A DNA stretch of 64,000 nucleotides from Octopus sinensis (GCF_006345805.1 NC_043023.1:18166001-18230000), one strand, 5' to 3'. Shown: positions 28,990 to 42,972, numbered from the stretch's first letter. Made by a program: numbers and translations. The notes: generated from the sequence alone by a model not told the origin.

Positions 28990-30047
28990 TATGGTCCTGT
29001 GTTTCAGTCTTCATTTGCGCTTATGTGCTTGTCTATTCATATAGCCTATGTCACTTAAGTATAATTGGAGGAGTAGTTTTACGAGAGAGTGTATTCGCCT
29101 CTCCTGTAACGTCGTACGTAAACGACCTGCCATAGTAGTCAGCCGAGAGAGGTTATTGCCACACCTTTTAGAAACAGCAAAGAAACTACAATCAATAAAA
29201 CACAATACTGTAAGCATGTGTGACGAAGACGACGACTGCAACAACAATAATAACACTAACACCTGTCTGAACGGCAACAACTGCAACAGAAAGAGCGGTA
29301 AGAAAAATGAACAACAAAAACAATAATAGTGTAATCAGCAGCAGCTATAAAGCTATCAACAATGGCGCTGACAGTTTAAGCAGCAACAACAGCCGTTCAA
29401 GAATTTGAACCTGGAGATCTCTATTTCCAGCGACTTCGAGGGCCACCTAACAGGGTTGTCGGGCGTCAACGAAGAGACCTCGAATACAAGACAACCAAAC
29501 ATTTTTTTCCCCACGGTCTTGGGGTCTCCCGCCTCTAAGCCCTACACCATCACCTAATCACCCTTACCCGTCTTGTTGCTTAACAACAGCAACAGTAACA
29601 ACAACTGTAACGTAGACAGCAGCAGCGGCGCAGTTGAGACGAAGACAACAGCATTAATAAGAACACCAGCAAAAGGAGAACAACAACAACAGCAACATCA
29701 ATAACGTTGATAACGTCTTGTAGTAAGGGTTGTTTAAGGATGTTGAAGGAGACACCCATGTTTCCAGAGGTGAACTATTCAAACCCCAATTAAATCTTCT
29801 CAAATAATGGCTATGATGCTCCCCCACTACTTCTGCTCGTGATCAGAGATGCACAGATCGCCAGCGACCAAGGGACATGCTCAACTGGTTACGGTCAAAC
29901 AACTGACAAGCAAATCTGTGGTATTGAGTAGAATATTTGCTGTAACCCATATTTTATACCAAGACAATACAATGTACATAATAACACTTCTAATCAGTGA
30001 AGATCAGAGGCCACGTGAGCCACTGCCTGGTACTATTATTATTATTA

Positions 30048-30083
<36 letters not shown>

Positions 30084-30096
30084 TATTATTATTATT

Positions 30097-30129
<33 letters not shown>

Positions 30130-30465
30130 ACTGCTGTTCTTGTTGTTGTTGTTGTTCTTATTATTTCAAGACAGTTTTATCTCACACCAGCACCATGATA
30201 GATATTAAGTGGGTTTACTTTCGGAAGAGAAAGCCACAACTCTTACCTCAGCCACCCAAAACTTTCAACCGATCTACGCCGTTCCTAAGAAACAGCCCAG
30301 TTCCATGTATTCTACCTGCTTCTGCATGCTCGTCTTTTCTGCCCACTCCTTCAGCCTCTTATCCTTTGTTCCTAAGGCTTCAATGACAATTGGTACGACC
30401 TCATTCTTTGTGAAACCCCACAACTTGCTTATCTCTCTCTTCAGGTTCAAATATATATGTATGTA
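28990..30465. repeat. Tandem segmental duplication, copy 2
   Basis: See copy 1; differences are point substitutions and microsatellite length. Confidence 0.95.
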
Positions 30466-30884
30466 TATATATAAATATATATATCTACCTTATTGATTTA
30501 TTTTTCCCATATTCTTCTGCTAAATGCTTCAGCTACGTCATTTATGTAGGAAGTACGATCCTTCTTCTCAAACACCAAGATATCTGGTCTGTTACGCTTT
30601 AGGACATGATGCGTTTGGATGAGAAAGTCCTAGAGAAGTTTAACCACATAATTCTGAGTTCCTTTTTCAAGTGCATGTTCATAGCACTTTGTGTCTTGAT
30701 GGAAGTCTGCTCTTTTTACACATATCCAAATGGCTGATCTCTGCAACATTTTCATGTCTCCAATATTCGTACTGTTTCTCTGCGTGTTTCGAACATTCAC
30801 TTACTCTGTCACTCACTGTTTCTTCTCCTTCATCTCACAATCTGCACAATGCTGACACATTGTCTTCTGTCCGACATTTGTACT

Positions 30885-31235
30885 ATGTTGTTCCGGGTTC
30901 AGTCCCACTGCGTGGCATCTTGGGCAAGTGTCTTCTACTATAGCCTCGGGCCGACCAAAGCCTTGTGAGTGGATTTGGTAGACGGAAACCGAAAGAAGCC
31001 CGTCGTACATATGTATATATATATGCGCGTGTGTGTTTGTGTGTCTGTGTTTCTCCCCCTTCCATTGCTTGACAACCGATGCTGGTGTGTTTATGTCCCC
31101 GTCACTTAGCGGTTCGGCAAAAGAGACCGATAGAATAAGTACTGGGCTTACAAAGAATAAGTCCCGGGGTCGAGTTGCTCAGTTAAAAGCGGTGCTCCAG
31201 CATGGTCGCAGTCAAAATGACTGAAACAAGTAAAA
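30885..31235 (+). mobile_element. SINE family 1 (5'-truncated)
   Basis: GGTTCCGGGTTCAGTCCC...tail AAACAAGTAAAAG. Confidence 0.85.
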
Positions 31236-31261
31236 GAAAAAGAAAAAAAAGAATAAAAGGG

Positions 31262-32540
31262 TTGATCCTGAGCTGTCATGATGAACCGTTCTGTCGCTTT
31301 ATTGAGAATTCCCTTTCTCAAGCAATTCCAAGGGTCTTCTGCCTCAGTATTCATCATAAACTGAGTGTATAAATATTTTTCCATATAACTTTGCTTTCTT
31401 GTTTCAAGTACTTCAACCTTTGTTTGATATTCTCTGAGAATGTTTGCATTGCGTTCTGCTCCTAGCAATTCTTCAATGCTTTCCTTAACATACTGATTGA
31501 AACATTCCACTACCATGTTCACCTAATCCTCTACACTAATCAAATCCTCTCCCTTCGTTTTTTACATTTCATCTAACGCCAATCCACATCTGCCCTTTAT
31601 ATGGAAAGCGTTCTTCATCGTCATTGTTATCCGAGTTTTTCGATCTGATCAAAATCTTGTAGTTCCTCTTTGTTCCAATTCACAGGACCTGCCACATATC
31701 TCACAACTGATACAGCCCTTGAATTCATCACTTTTACAATGTTTCTAGAATTTAACTTATATTTCTGTATAAGCTTGATTTTTCTGAAGTACTCCTTCGA
31801 AATGGTTTCCTTCATTTCACTGTTTTTGTTGGTATCTGATTCACAAATATCAAAATAATTTTATCGTTGACTTCGTCTAAAATTTGAGTGACTAGCTGAC
31901 TTTAAGTCGTTGACTTTACTTTATGTACCCCCCTCTTCAGCGTCAAATAATACATTTACTCATACCAAATTCTATGCGTATGTTCTTAATGCAAATGCTT
32001 ACTGTGTTCACAAATGTGCCAAATTGATCTTCATTTTATCTAGAAAGCTCTTCATTTTTCATGCATTGACTGAGGTATTTGTATCCGAACAATCAGGAGT
32101 GGTGAGAGATTATCTCCCTCAAATAATCCCCTTTTGATGTTCACTGTACTCAAAGACCTTCCTACAGATGTTAACTCCGGTTTCCAGGCTGTCATATTTC
32201 TTTTTAGCAGTCTTTCTATACTTTCTACCACTCCAACTAACCCCAAATATTTTCCTATCCAACCGTGACACACCATATCAATGGTTTTCTATAATCTAGG
32301 CAGGCCACTCCATGTCCCGTTAACCCTCTTCTGCAGTTCCTTAATATCCTCTTGTCTAACACCTAATCTTTTGTCCCGCTTGACATTTATTTACAACCCT
32401 TCTGCTCATCTGGCAAAAATCTTTCCTAATATTTGCACCACTCGTCACTTATTACTCTTGTCACCAGTTTCCACATTGTCGGTAAACATGCTATTGGTCG
32501 ATAGTCTGAAACTTCATTATACTTTCCTAAATCCTTCAAG
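31262..32540 (-). mobile_element. R4/Dong-like LINE RT remnant
   Basis: DMVCHGWI, VNIKRGLFEGDNLSPLL (IFQGDSLSPL motif), AVSVVRYVAGPVNWNKEELQ. Confidence 0.8.
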
Positions 32541-32544
32541 ACTA

Positions 32545-32930
32545 AAATGGTTTTCCCATGTGCCAATCACAGTGGAACGTCACCCACTCATACGTTACAG
32601 TGATTCTAGCAGTTGGTGGTCCTTCCTTCATTATCATGCTCGGACATTCAACAAGTGCATGCTCGACTGTGTACGCTAGGTAACATTCTTGGTACCAGGC
32701 TGAGAATTTGGGGTTTTCCTTCACCAAGACCTGCAGCCCTGTCCAGGAGACGAGCTGTGCAAAGACCCGCCTCACAAAGAGTGCCAATACACGTCCACCG
32801 CCAAGAAATCGTTACAGCTGTCACAACCTCAGCTAGTATCTGCGTATCGGCAGCCACAGCATGCCTAGGACCCCACGCAGAAGCTAAACTTTTCGATACC
32901 TGTCAGACAGCTGTGAGTACATGTGTAATG
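32545..32930 (-). mobile_element. LINE C-terminal remnant (zinc knuckle-like)
   Basis: TVEHALVECP motif typical of L1/Tx1-like ORF2 C-termini. Confidence 0.45.
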
Positions 32931-32935
32931 TTCTT

Positions 32936-33162
32936 GAGCTGGCAGAAACGTTAGCACGCCGAGCGAAATGCGTAGCCGTATTTCGTCTGTCGTTACGTTC
33001 TGAGTTCAAATTTCGCCGAGGTCGACTTTGCCTTTCATCCTTTCGGGGTTGATAAATAAAGTACCAGTTTCCAACTGGGGTCGATATAATCGACTTAAAC
33101 CCTTTGTCTGTACTTGTTTGTCCTCTCTGTGTTTAGCCCCTTGTGGGGAGTAAAGAAATATA
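32936..33162 (+). mobile_element. SINE family 2, immediately upstream of the signal-peptide exon
   Basis: Full body of family 2 consensus. Confidence 0.9.
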
Positions 33163-33223
33163 TTTTTGTTTTCCTTTGTATTTTGTATTTTCTTCTTTTA
33201 TAGATCAATCTACGCCTGGAAAT

Positions 33224-33405
33224 ATGTTCCAACAATTGAAATTGACGTTTGTGTTGATACTCTCTATGAGTTTCTGTTTGGAGTCTAATGCTGCGTCAGA
33301 TATTTGCTCAACATGTAGCTGCCGAAATTCTGAGACAAATATAGATTGTTCATATCGGTTCCTGACTTCGATCCCGCAACCCATTCCACCGAATGTTGAA
33401 ATTTT
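33224..33405 (+). CDS. First coding exon: signal peptide + LRR N-terminal cap of an LRR cell-surface receptor
   Basis: Acceptor TTTTATAG at 33203, ATG 33224, MFQQLKLTFVLILSMSFCLESNA (hydrophobic leader) then CSTCSC...DCSYRFLTSIPQPIPPNVEIL (LRRNT); phase-2 donor TT|GTAAGT at 33406. Confidence 0.92.
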
Positions 33406-33548
33406 GTAAGTATTCGAACTTTTTTAGCCCTCCCCAACCCCCACCGCCGCTTAACCCCCAACCCCCTCACCGCCACTTCACCCCCACAACCGCTTCACCC
33501 TCACCACCGCTTCACCCCCACCACCGCTTCACCCACACCACCAATACT

Positions 33549-33777
33549 TATTTCTTTACAACCCACAAGGGGATAAACTGAGGGGACAAACAAGGACAGA
33601 CATAGGTATTAAGTCGATTATATCGACCCCAGTGCGTAACTGGTACTTAATTTATCGACCCTGAAAGGATGAAAGGCAAAGTCGACCTCGGCGGAATTTG
33701 AACTCACAACGTAACGACAGACGAAATACGGCTACGCATTTCGCCCGGCGTGCTAACATTTCTGCCAGCTCGCCGCC
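33549..33777 (-). mobile_element. SINE family 2, inverted relative to the 32936 copy
   Basis: Reverse complement of family 2 consensus. Confidence 0.9.
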
Positions 33778-33848
33778 ACCAATGCCACCATCACAACCAC
33801 CACCACAACCACCACCACCACCAAACCACCACCACAATCACCGCCGCC

Positions 33849-34268
33849 GGCTGTGTGGTAAGTAGCTTGCTAACCAACCACATTGTTCCGGGTTCAGTCC
33901 CACCGCGTGGCATCTTGGGCAAGTATCTTCTGCTATAGCCCCGGGCCGACCAAAACCTTGTGAGTGGATTTAGTAGACGGAAACTGAAAGAAGCTCGTCG
34001 TATATATGCATATATATATATATATATAAGTGTGTGTGTATGTGATTGTGTGTCTGTGTTTGTCCCCCTAGCATTGCTTGACAAACGATGCTGGTGTGTT
34101 TACGTCCCCGTCAATTAGCGGTTCGGCAAAAGAGACCGATAGAATAAGTACTGGGCTTACAAAGTATAAGTCCCGAGGTCAAGTTGCTCGACTAAAGGCG
34201 GTGCTCCAGCATGGCCGCAGTCAACTGACTGAAACAAGTAAAAGAGAGTAAAAGAGGGTAAAGAGAGA
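33849..34268 (+). mobile_element. SINE family 1
   Basis: Head GGCTGTGTGGTAAGTAGC to (AAAAGAG)n tail; a head-only copy follows at ~34466-34630. Confidence 0.88.
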
Positions 34269-34639
34269 TAATAGTGATGATGGAATCGGCATCTTGTGTG
34301 TTTGTGTTTTTTCTTTATTACAGAAGATGCAGAATTTTCTCAATGCAAATGGATAATTAAAATGAATAGACAGATCCACTTGCGGCTCAGATATTCCCTC
34401 TGAAAGTCTATCAACGAGGTCTTACTGTCATTATTATCAGTTTATAAGAAAAAAATTAATAACACAGGCGGAGGAGTGACCTGTGTAGTAAGTAGCTTGT
34501 TTACCAACCACATGGTTCCGGGTTCAGTCCCAATGCGTGACACCTTGGGCAAGTGTCTTCTACTATAGCCATGGGCCTACCAAACCTTGTGAGTGGATTT
34601 GGTAGACAGAAACTGAAAGAAGCTCGTCGTATATATATA

Positions 34640-34671
<32 letters not shown>

Positions 34672-34673
<2 letters not shown>

Positions 34674-37600
34674 AGAAAGTTTGTTTGGTAAAGCACGTGG
34701 GTGAATATATAAGAAAATAGTAAAGTGTGAAAAAACGACAGAAGGCTTAAATGTTAAAAAATATATATATTTGTGTCAAAATGTCTGGAGAATATTGGAA
34801 AAATTTTTTTCCTTTCCTTAAAATGACATAATTTTAAAATTTTTAAAGAAATTACCGGTTTCGCGTGTAGCTTTTCAAATTTCAATAACCACTTCATGTT
34901 TGACAATACATTTTACCGTCAAAAATCCGGAATTGCTATGGGTACAAGGGCAGCACCAGTCATTGCGAACTTAACAATGGGATACATGGAAATAATCATT
35001 TACCAGGAATCTCTATCAATCTTTGGAAACTCCCTCTCTCAATACATAAAAGAGAATTGGAAACGATTCCTAGACGGTTGTTTCATTCTCTGGAATGAAA
35101 ACATAGATAACTCCTCCTAAATTTAAAAACCTATTGAACAGCATAAACCCAAATATACAGTTCACAATGGAATACAACCAAAAGGAGCTCCCGTTCTTGG
35201 ATATACTAATTAAAAAAATTAACCTTAAAATAGAAACAGACATTTTTTACAAAGCCACAGACGCCAAACAATACCTTCTTTTTAATTCATGCCACCCAAG
35301 ACACACTAAAACAAACATCCCCTTCAACCTTGCAAGAAGGATATGCACAATAGTGTCAGAACAAAATACCAGGAACTTTAGACTGCAAGAACTAAAAAAC
35401 ACCCTAATTGACAGACATTACCCAGCTCAACTCATAGAGGATGGGATCAGACGTGCAACAGAAATCAACATAGAAACTTTAAGAAAAGTCAACACAAACA
35501 CACACTTCCCCGAAAATACTACCTTACATATCTACATACAACCCCAGAAACAAAGAAGCCTTCACCATCATCACCCAGAATTACCAATACTTCATAAAAA
35601 CCCAAAATTAAAGGAAATCTAAACATACACCAAATCATTAAAAGCTACAAACAGCCTAAATCACTTAAAAAAGATCTCACAAAGGCAAAATTGTCTTCAA
35701 AAACTACGGATGCAAAAGTAAAAAAATGTGGTAGATCGAACTGTGCAACATGTCCTAACCTATTGGAAGGATCAGAATTCCTCTTTAAAGAGGGACAGAA
35801 ATTTAAGATCAAATCTAACTTTACTGTGCCTCTGAAAACATAATTTATGTTATTAAATGCTCGGGCTGCCACCAAGACTACGTGGGTTCCACGGGACTAT
35901 CACTCAGGCGCAGATGCACACTGCATCGACAACAGATTGCATTCCCAGAATATAGAATGATACCTTTTAGTGAGCACATTGAGAAATGCGCAAAGCAACT
36001 ACTGCCACAATTTTTAATCTTCCCATTTTACCAATGTGCTTTCGGATCATCAACACAAATGAGACTGAACAAGGAAACATTCTTCATTGAAAAGTACAAA
36101 CCCAGACTCAACCATCCGAACATACTGACACAGAGAAATTAACAAGGAAATGGAAAAAAAAGTTTTTAAGCGATTATCTCCCCTACACCGGAAAAAATCA
36201 CTCACTACCTCCCCTTATTTAGAAATCTCCTGGAAATAAAAACAACGATAATTCCATGCAATATAAACATAACGTCACAAGAAATTTGAAAAGCTACACG
36301 CGAAACCGGTAATTTCTTTAAAAATTTTAAAATTATGTCATTTTAAGGAAAGGAAAAAAATTTTTCCAATATTCTCCAGACATTTTGACACAAATATATA
36401 TATTTTTTAACATTTAAGCCTTCTGTCGTTTTTTCACACTTTACTATTTTCTTATATATTCACCCACGTGCTTTACCAAACAAACTTTCTTATCTATATA
36501 TTAAACACGTGAGAACGAAAATGCCACAGAAGTCAAACACCTCGGACAAAACCTTAAATGAGGACATACTCAAAGAACTGAAAAATATTAATTCACAGCT
36601 TCTTAACCTGAACAACAAAATCGAGGAATCAAACTTACTCGCCCGGGAAAGTAAAAGCAATGAAGATGCAACCCATTACACTGACCAGGTGAGTAAGGAT
36701 CTACAACTGTTATATACAACACTGAACTCAATTTTCATCAAAAATCCGAAAATAATACACAGGCACCTAATGAAACACAGCAGGATACCATACGGACCCA
36801 AACCAACCCAACAAAAAGAAAAATAGGAAACGTTTGGAATACAAACCTGCACAACAGAAAACTCACCTTCTGGAACATGATAAAAAATTCCAACAAAGCA
36901 GATATCTACGAGGGATGGATAAACTCAACACCAATTATCCTCCCACGCAAATTCCAGATAAAATTAATTCCTAACGAGCCTGACGGACAGAGATCTATTA
37001 GAGAAAAGTCAGCTCTGTTCAATTTTAAATCAGAAATAGAGCTTCTAAGACTCAGGGCCTCCACAAATGAAGAAAAACTTAAAAGCATAGACGAGGAGAT
37101 GCACAATCAAATACTAAAATATACCGAGGGACAACCCCTCGATAATACATTGGATCACTGGAAGGATTCCTGTGAGAGAGAGAGAGAAATTCTCTCCTAC
37201 GCTGGGAGAAAACCATGGACTTCTTCCAAAAATATAGTGAAACCTTCAAAAATGAATTGGGTACAAATAATCCCTTCCTTAAGAAAATTACAATAAATAA
37301 AAAAGAAAAACCTAACAACCCACGAACAACCCCCAACTATCCTCCATACACTAAAAACAGAAATCACCCACAACCAACCTCTACAAACCACGCTAGACCT
37401 AACAGGGAACTAGCTGAAAGAGGACGCGTCTATGAAAGAAATTACACCAAAAACAGAACAAACCAACAACATCATAATACCAGACCCAACCACCATACAG
37501 CACAATACGACACTAGGATAAGAAAAACACCACAACACAAATCACTACTACCCCATGAACCAAAACTACTGGTCCCCACTAAACACAAGACAAACGCAAA

Positions 37601-40442
37601 GAAACACTATGTCAAGCAACATCCCACATACAGAAGTTCGAAACAAAAATATTCCCCATACAGAAATTTTACACACACCACAAGCATTAACAACATAGAT
37701 TCCCACACACACACAACGATCGGAGGCAACAATACCACCACTCCCCCGACCAAATACCACACAACCTCACAGACAACTCATACAAACAAAATTACACCCA
37801 ACATTTTTTAGCCAGGGACCAGGGACACCAGGACACAGGCTGGAACCTAGTAATAAGGAAAAACCGAAGATAATCAATCTTTCAACCAAACCTCTTTCTA
37901 ACATAAAAATTGACATCCTCGCAAAAGGCTCAAATTTACACCAACTCCACGCAGAGCAAACCTAAATGAACTCAAGGATAATATAACAGAATTTTGCAGA
38001 AAATTAAGACTAGCAGAAGCATCAAACAGTTTCAATACTGAAGATGAATCACTTGTCAAGAACAAAAGTGAACACATCCCACACAGAGGAAGAAATAAAG
38101 ATCTTGACGAATTCTGTAACCACATTGAGAACTTCCCCTACCATACTATACATAAACAGAAAGCTAACCCAAATTTTAACAATACACAATGGAAAGAACT
38201 GATAGAACTCCAAAATGATGAAGATATAACCATTAAGGAAGCGGACAAGGGAAATGCAGTTGTAATAATGGATACATCATACTACAGAAATCTTGTAATT
38301 TCCTTGCTTGATGAAGACCTACATTATGAAAAAATTACCAACTACACCCCACAAAAAATAATGAAAACTCTATCTTCACTAATTAAAACCATGAAAAGGA
38401 ACTGACAACCAAAGAGATTGATTTCCTAACAAACTTTAAATGCAAACCTAGCCTTTTCTATGGTCTGCCAAAAATTCATAAAAGTCAAATTATAAATGAA
38501 ACCATAAAAAAATCACCAAAGACATACATACACACACCTAATCCGGGGGACCTAAAACTACGACCCATTGTAGCTGGCCCAACCTGTGAAACACACAGAC
38601 TAAGTCTACTTATGGACATCCTCTTGAAACCCTTCCTTAAACATATCGATAGCCATATCAGAGATGACTTAGATATGTTAAACCACCTTCCAAAAAAAAC
38701 CAAGGAAGAAACAATCCTGGTTTCATTTGATGTAGTCAACTTGTATACCAGTATACCTCATAATTATGGACTGGAGCCATACAATTCTGTTAGACCAATT
38801 TCCGGAAGAAATACCAAAAAGGATCAGTAAAGAATTCATTACTAAATCAATTGAATTCATCCTACACAATAACCACTTCATGTTTGACAATACATTTTAC
38901 CGTCAAAAATCCGGAATTGCTATGGGTACAAGGGCAGCACCAGTCATTGCGAACTTAACAATGGGATACATGGAAATAATCATTTACCAGGAATCTCTAT
39001 CAATCTTTGGAAACTCCCTCTCTCAATACATAAAAGAGAATTGGAAACGATTCCTAGACGATTGTTTCATTCTCTGGAATGAAAACATAGATAAACTCCT
39101 AAAATTTAAAAACCTATTGAACAGCATAAACCCAAATATACAGTTCACAATGGAATACAACCAAAAGGAGCTCCCGTTCTTGGATATACTAATTAAAAAA
39201 ATTAACCCTAAATAATAGAAACAGACATTTTTTACAAAGCCACAGACGCCAAACAATACCTTCTTTTTAATTCATGCCACCCAAGACACACTAAAACAAA
39301 CATCCCCTTCAACCTTGCAAGAAGGATATGCACAATAGTGTCAGAACAAAATACCAGGAACTTTAGACTGCAAGAACTCAAAAACACCCTAATTGACAGA
39401 ACATTACCCAGCTCAACTCATAGAGGATGGGATCAGACGTGCAACAGAAATCAACATAGAAACTTTAAGAAAAGTTCAACACAACAACACACCTTCCCCG
39501 AAAATACTACCTTACATATCTACATACAACCCCAGAAACAAAGAAGCCTTCACCATCATCACCCAGAATTTACCAATACTTCATAAAAACCCAAAATTAA
39601 AGGAAATTCTAAACATACACCAAATCATTAAAAGCTACAAACAGCCTAAATCACTTAAAAAGATTCTCACAAAGGCAAAATTGTCTTCAAAAACTACGGA
39701 TGCAAAAGTAAAAAAATGTGGTAGATCGAACTGTGCAACATGTCCTAACCTATTGGAAGGATCAGAATTCCTCTTTAAAGAGGGACAGAAATTTAAGATC
39801 AAATCTAACTTTACTTGTGCCTCTGAAAACATAATTTATGTTATTAAATGCTCGGGCTGCCACCAAGACTACGTGGGTTCCACGGGACTATCACTCAGGC
39901 GCAGATGCACACTGCATCGACAACAGATTGCATTCCCAGAATATAGAATGATACCTTTTAGTGAGCACATTGAGAAATGCGCAAAGCAAGCAACTACTGC
40001 CACAATTTTTAATCTTCCCATTTTACCAATGTGCTTTCGGATCATCAACACAAATGAGACTGAACAAGGAAACATTCTTCATTGAAAAGTAAACCCAGAC
40101 TCAACCATCCGAACATACTGACACAGAGAAATTAACAAGGAAATGGAAAAAAAAGTTTTTAAGCGATTATCTCCCCTACACCGGAAAAAATCACTCACTA
40201 CCTCCCCTTATTTAGAAATCTCCTGGAAATAAAAACAACGATAATTCCATGCAATATAAACATAACGTCACAAGAAATTTGAAAAGCTACACGCGAAACC
40301 GGTAATTTCTTTAAAAATTTTAAAATTATGTCATTTTAGGAAAGGAAAAAAATTTTTCCAATATTCTCCAGACATTTTGACACAAATATATATATTTTTT
40401 AACATTTAAGCCTTCTGTCGTTTTTTCACACTTTACTATTTT

Positions 40443-40447
<5 letters not shown>
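34672..40447 (+). mobile_element. Penelope-like retroelement: inverted terminal segment + 5'-truncated copy + near full-length copy
   Basis: 34672-34883 is the reverse complement of 36281-36492; 34884-36492 largely duplicates 38868-40447; RT motifs SFDVVNLYTSIPH, GIAMGTRAAP, RFLDDCF, LPFLDI; GIY-YIG IYVIKC...YVGSTG; both ends abut (TA)n. Confidence 0.95.
36521..40090 (+). pseudogene. PLE RT + GIY-YIG ORF, interrupted by frameshifts
   Basis: Consecutive ORF fragments 36509-40085 in shifting frames; many shifts fall in homopolymer runs. Confidence 0.8.
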
Positions 40448-40500
<53 letters not shown>

Positions 40501-41442
40501 TAAGAAAGTTGGTTTGTGAAAGCACGTGGGTGAATATATAGAAAATAGTAAAAAGTGAAAAAACTACAGAAGGCTTAAATGTTAAAATATATATATATTT
40601 GCGTTAATATGTCTGAAGAATATTAAACTATTTAAAAAAAAAATTTTTGTCTAATAATGACATAATTTAGAAGAAAGACCGGTTTCGCGTTTAGCTTTTC
40701 AAATTTCTTGCGACGTTATGTTTATGTTTAATAGAGTTATCGTTATGTTTATGTTCAGGAGAGTTCTAAATAAGGGGAGGTAGTGAGTGATTTCATCCGG
40801 TGTAAGGGATATAATCGCTTAATATTTTTTTTTCCTTTCCGTTGGTGTGAATTTCTCTGTATCAGTATGTTCGGATGGTTGAGTCTGGGCTTGTACTTTT
40901 CAATGAAGAATGTTTCCTTGTTTAGTCTAATTTGTGTTGATGATCCGATAGCAAATTAGTGAAATGGAAAGGTTAAAAATTGAGAAATGCGCAAAGCAAC
41001 TACTACCACAATTTTTAATCTTTCCATTTTATCAATGTGCTATCGGATCATCAACACAAATTAGACTAAACAAGGAAACATTCTTCATTGAAAAGTACAA
41101 GCCCAGACTCAACCATCCGAACATACTGATACAGAGAAATTCGCACCAAGGCAAATGAAAAAAAATTTAAACGATTATTTCCATTACACCGGAAGAAATC
41201 ACTCACTACCTCCCCTTATTTAGAACACTCCTGAACATAAACATAGCGATAACTCTATTCAACATAAACATAACGTCGCAAGAAATTTGAAAAGCTAAAC
41301 GCGAAACCGGTCTTTCTTCTAAATTATGTCATTATAAGAGAAAAAAATTTTTTTAATTTTTTAATATTCTTCAGACATATTGACGCAAATATATATATTT
41401 TTTAACATTTAAGCCTTCTGTAGTTTTTTCACTTCTTATTTT

Positions 41443-41450
<8 letters not shown>
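40501..41450. mobile_element. Head-to-head pair of 3' ends of a sister Penelope subfamily (fold-back)
   Basis: 40501-40965 is approximately the reverse complement of ~41030-41450; both are diverged variants of the 3' end of the 34672-40447 element. Confidence 0.85.
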
Positions 41451-41479
<29 letters not shown>

Positions 41480-41495
41480 TATATATGCATGTATA

Positions 41496-42037
<542 letters not shown>

Positions 42038-42900
42038 AACACATATTTGTACAGACAAGATGAAAATCACAGCTTAAAGCTTAACGTACGAAGAGGGCCC
42101 GAAAGGAGATCTTACGTATCCCTCGGGGAATGATGATGATGATGATGACGACGACGGTGACGATGATAATAATGATTTTGCTGGAAGGAAGGGGCAAGAG
42201 GGAATGTGATAACCGATCACAAATTTGTGAACGATTCATTCAGTTTCAAAAACGATAGTTTGGGAAATGCATGAATGAATGCGAATGTGTGTGAGAGTGT
42301 GTCAGTGTGTTTAAGAGAATGTGGGTGTTGCGCGTGTAGTATTGTGTTATAGTTTTCATAAAAATCTCCATCCTATCATCACCGCTTTCTCCTTTTTCTT
42401 ATGCTAATCTATTTCTTTCACAGCATCTACTGTTTTTCTTCTTCTTTAATAATGTATCCTTTGTTTCATGCCATTTTCCCAACGTTTTCCAACTCAACTC
42501 GTAAAATATTTGTAAACCTTTTGCAGAATATATTCAATTTAAATTTAAAATGTTCACCTTCATTTGATTGTTCTTCTAACAATTCTTCTTCTTCTTCTTC
42601 TTCTTCTTCTTCTTCTTCTTCTTCTTCTTCTTCTTCTTTTTCTTCTTCTTCTTCTTCTTCTTCTTCTCTTCTTCTTTTTCTTCTTCTTCTTCTTCTTCTT
42701 CTTCCTTTTCTTCTTCTTCTCCTTCTACTTTTTCTTTTTCTTCTCCTCCTTCTTTTTCTTCTTCTCCTTTTTCTTTTCCTTCTTTTTCTTCTTCTTCTTC
42801 TTCTTCTTCTTCTCTTCTTCTTCTTCTTCTTCTATTCTTCTTCTTCCCTTTCCCTTCTTTGTTCCATAAATTTTCTTCTTAACACTATTTCATATTGCAG

Positions 42901-42972
42901 GGATTTGAGTCGTAACGATATCCCGGAAATCAACAAGGAAGCCTTTCAAAATCTTTCCAGTTTAAAAACTCT
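42901..42972 (+). CDS. LRR exon 1 (type A): DLSRNDIPEINKEAFQNLSSLKTL
   Basis: GCAG| 72 nt |GTAAGT, phase 2/2, LxxNxIxxIxxxxFxxLxxLxxL. Confidence 0.93.

Noticed and set aside
33143-33223. N-terminal extension MGSKEIYF... of the receptor ORF
   Set aside because: Derives from the SINE tail and the polypyrimidine tract upstream of the 33203 acceptor; the signal peptide starts at ATG 33224
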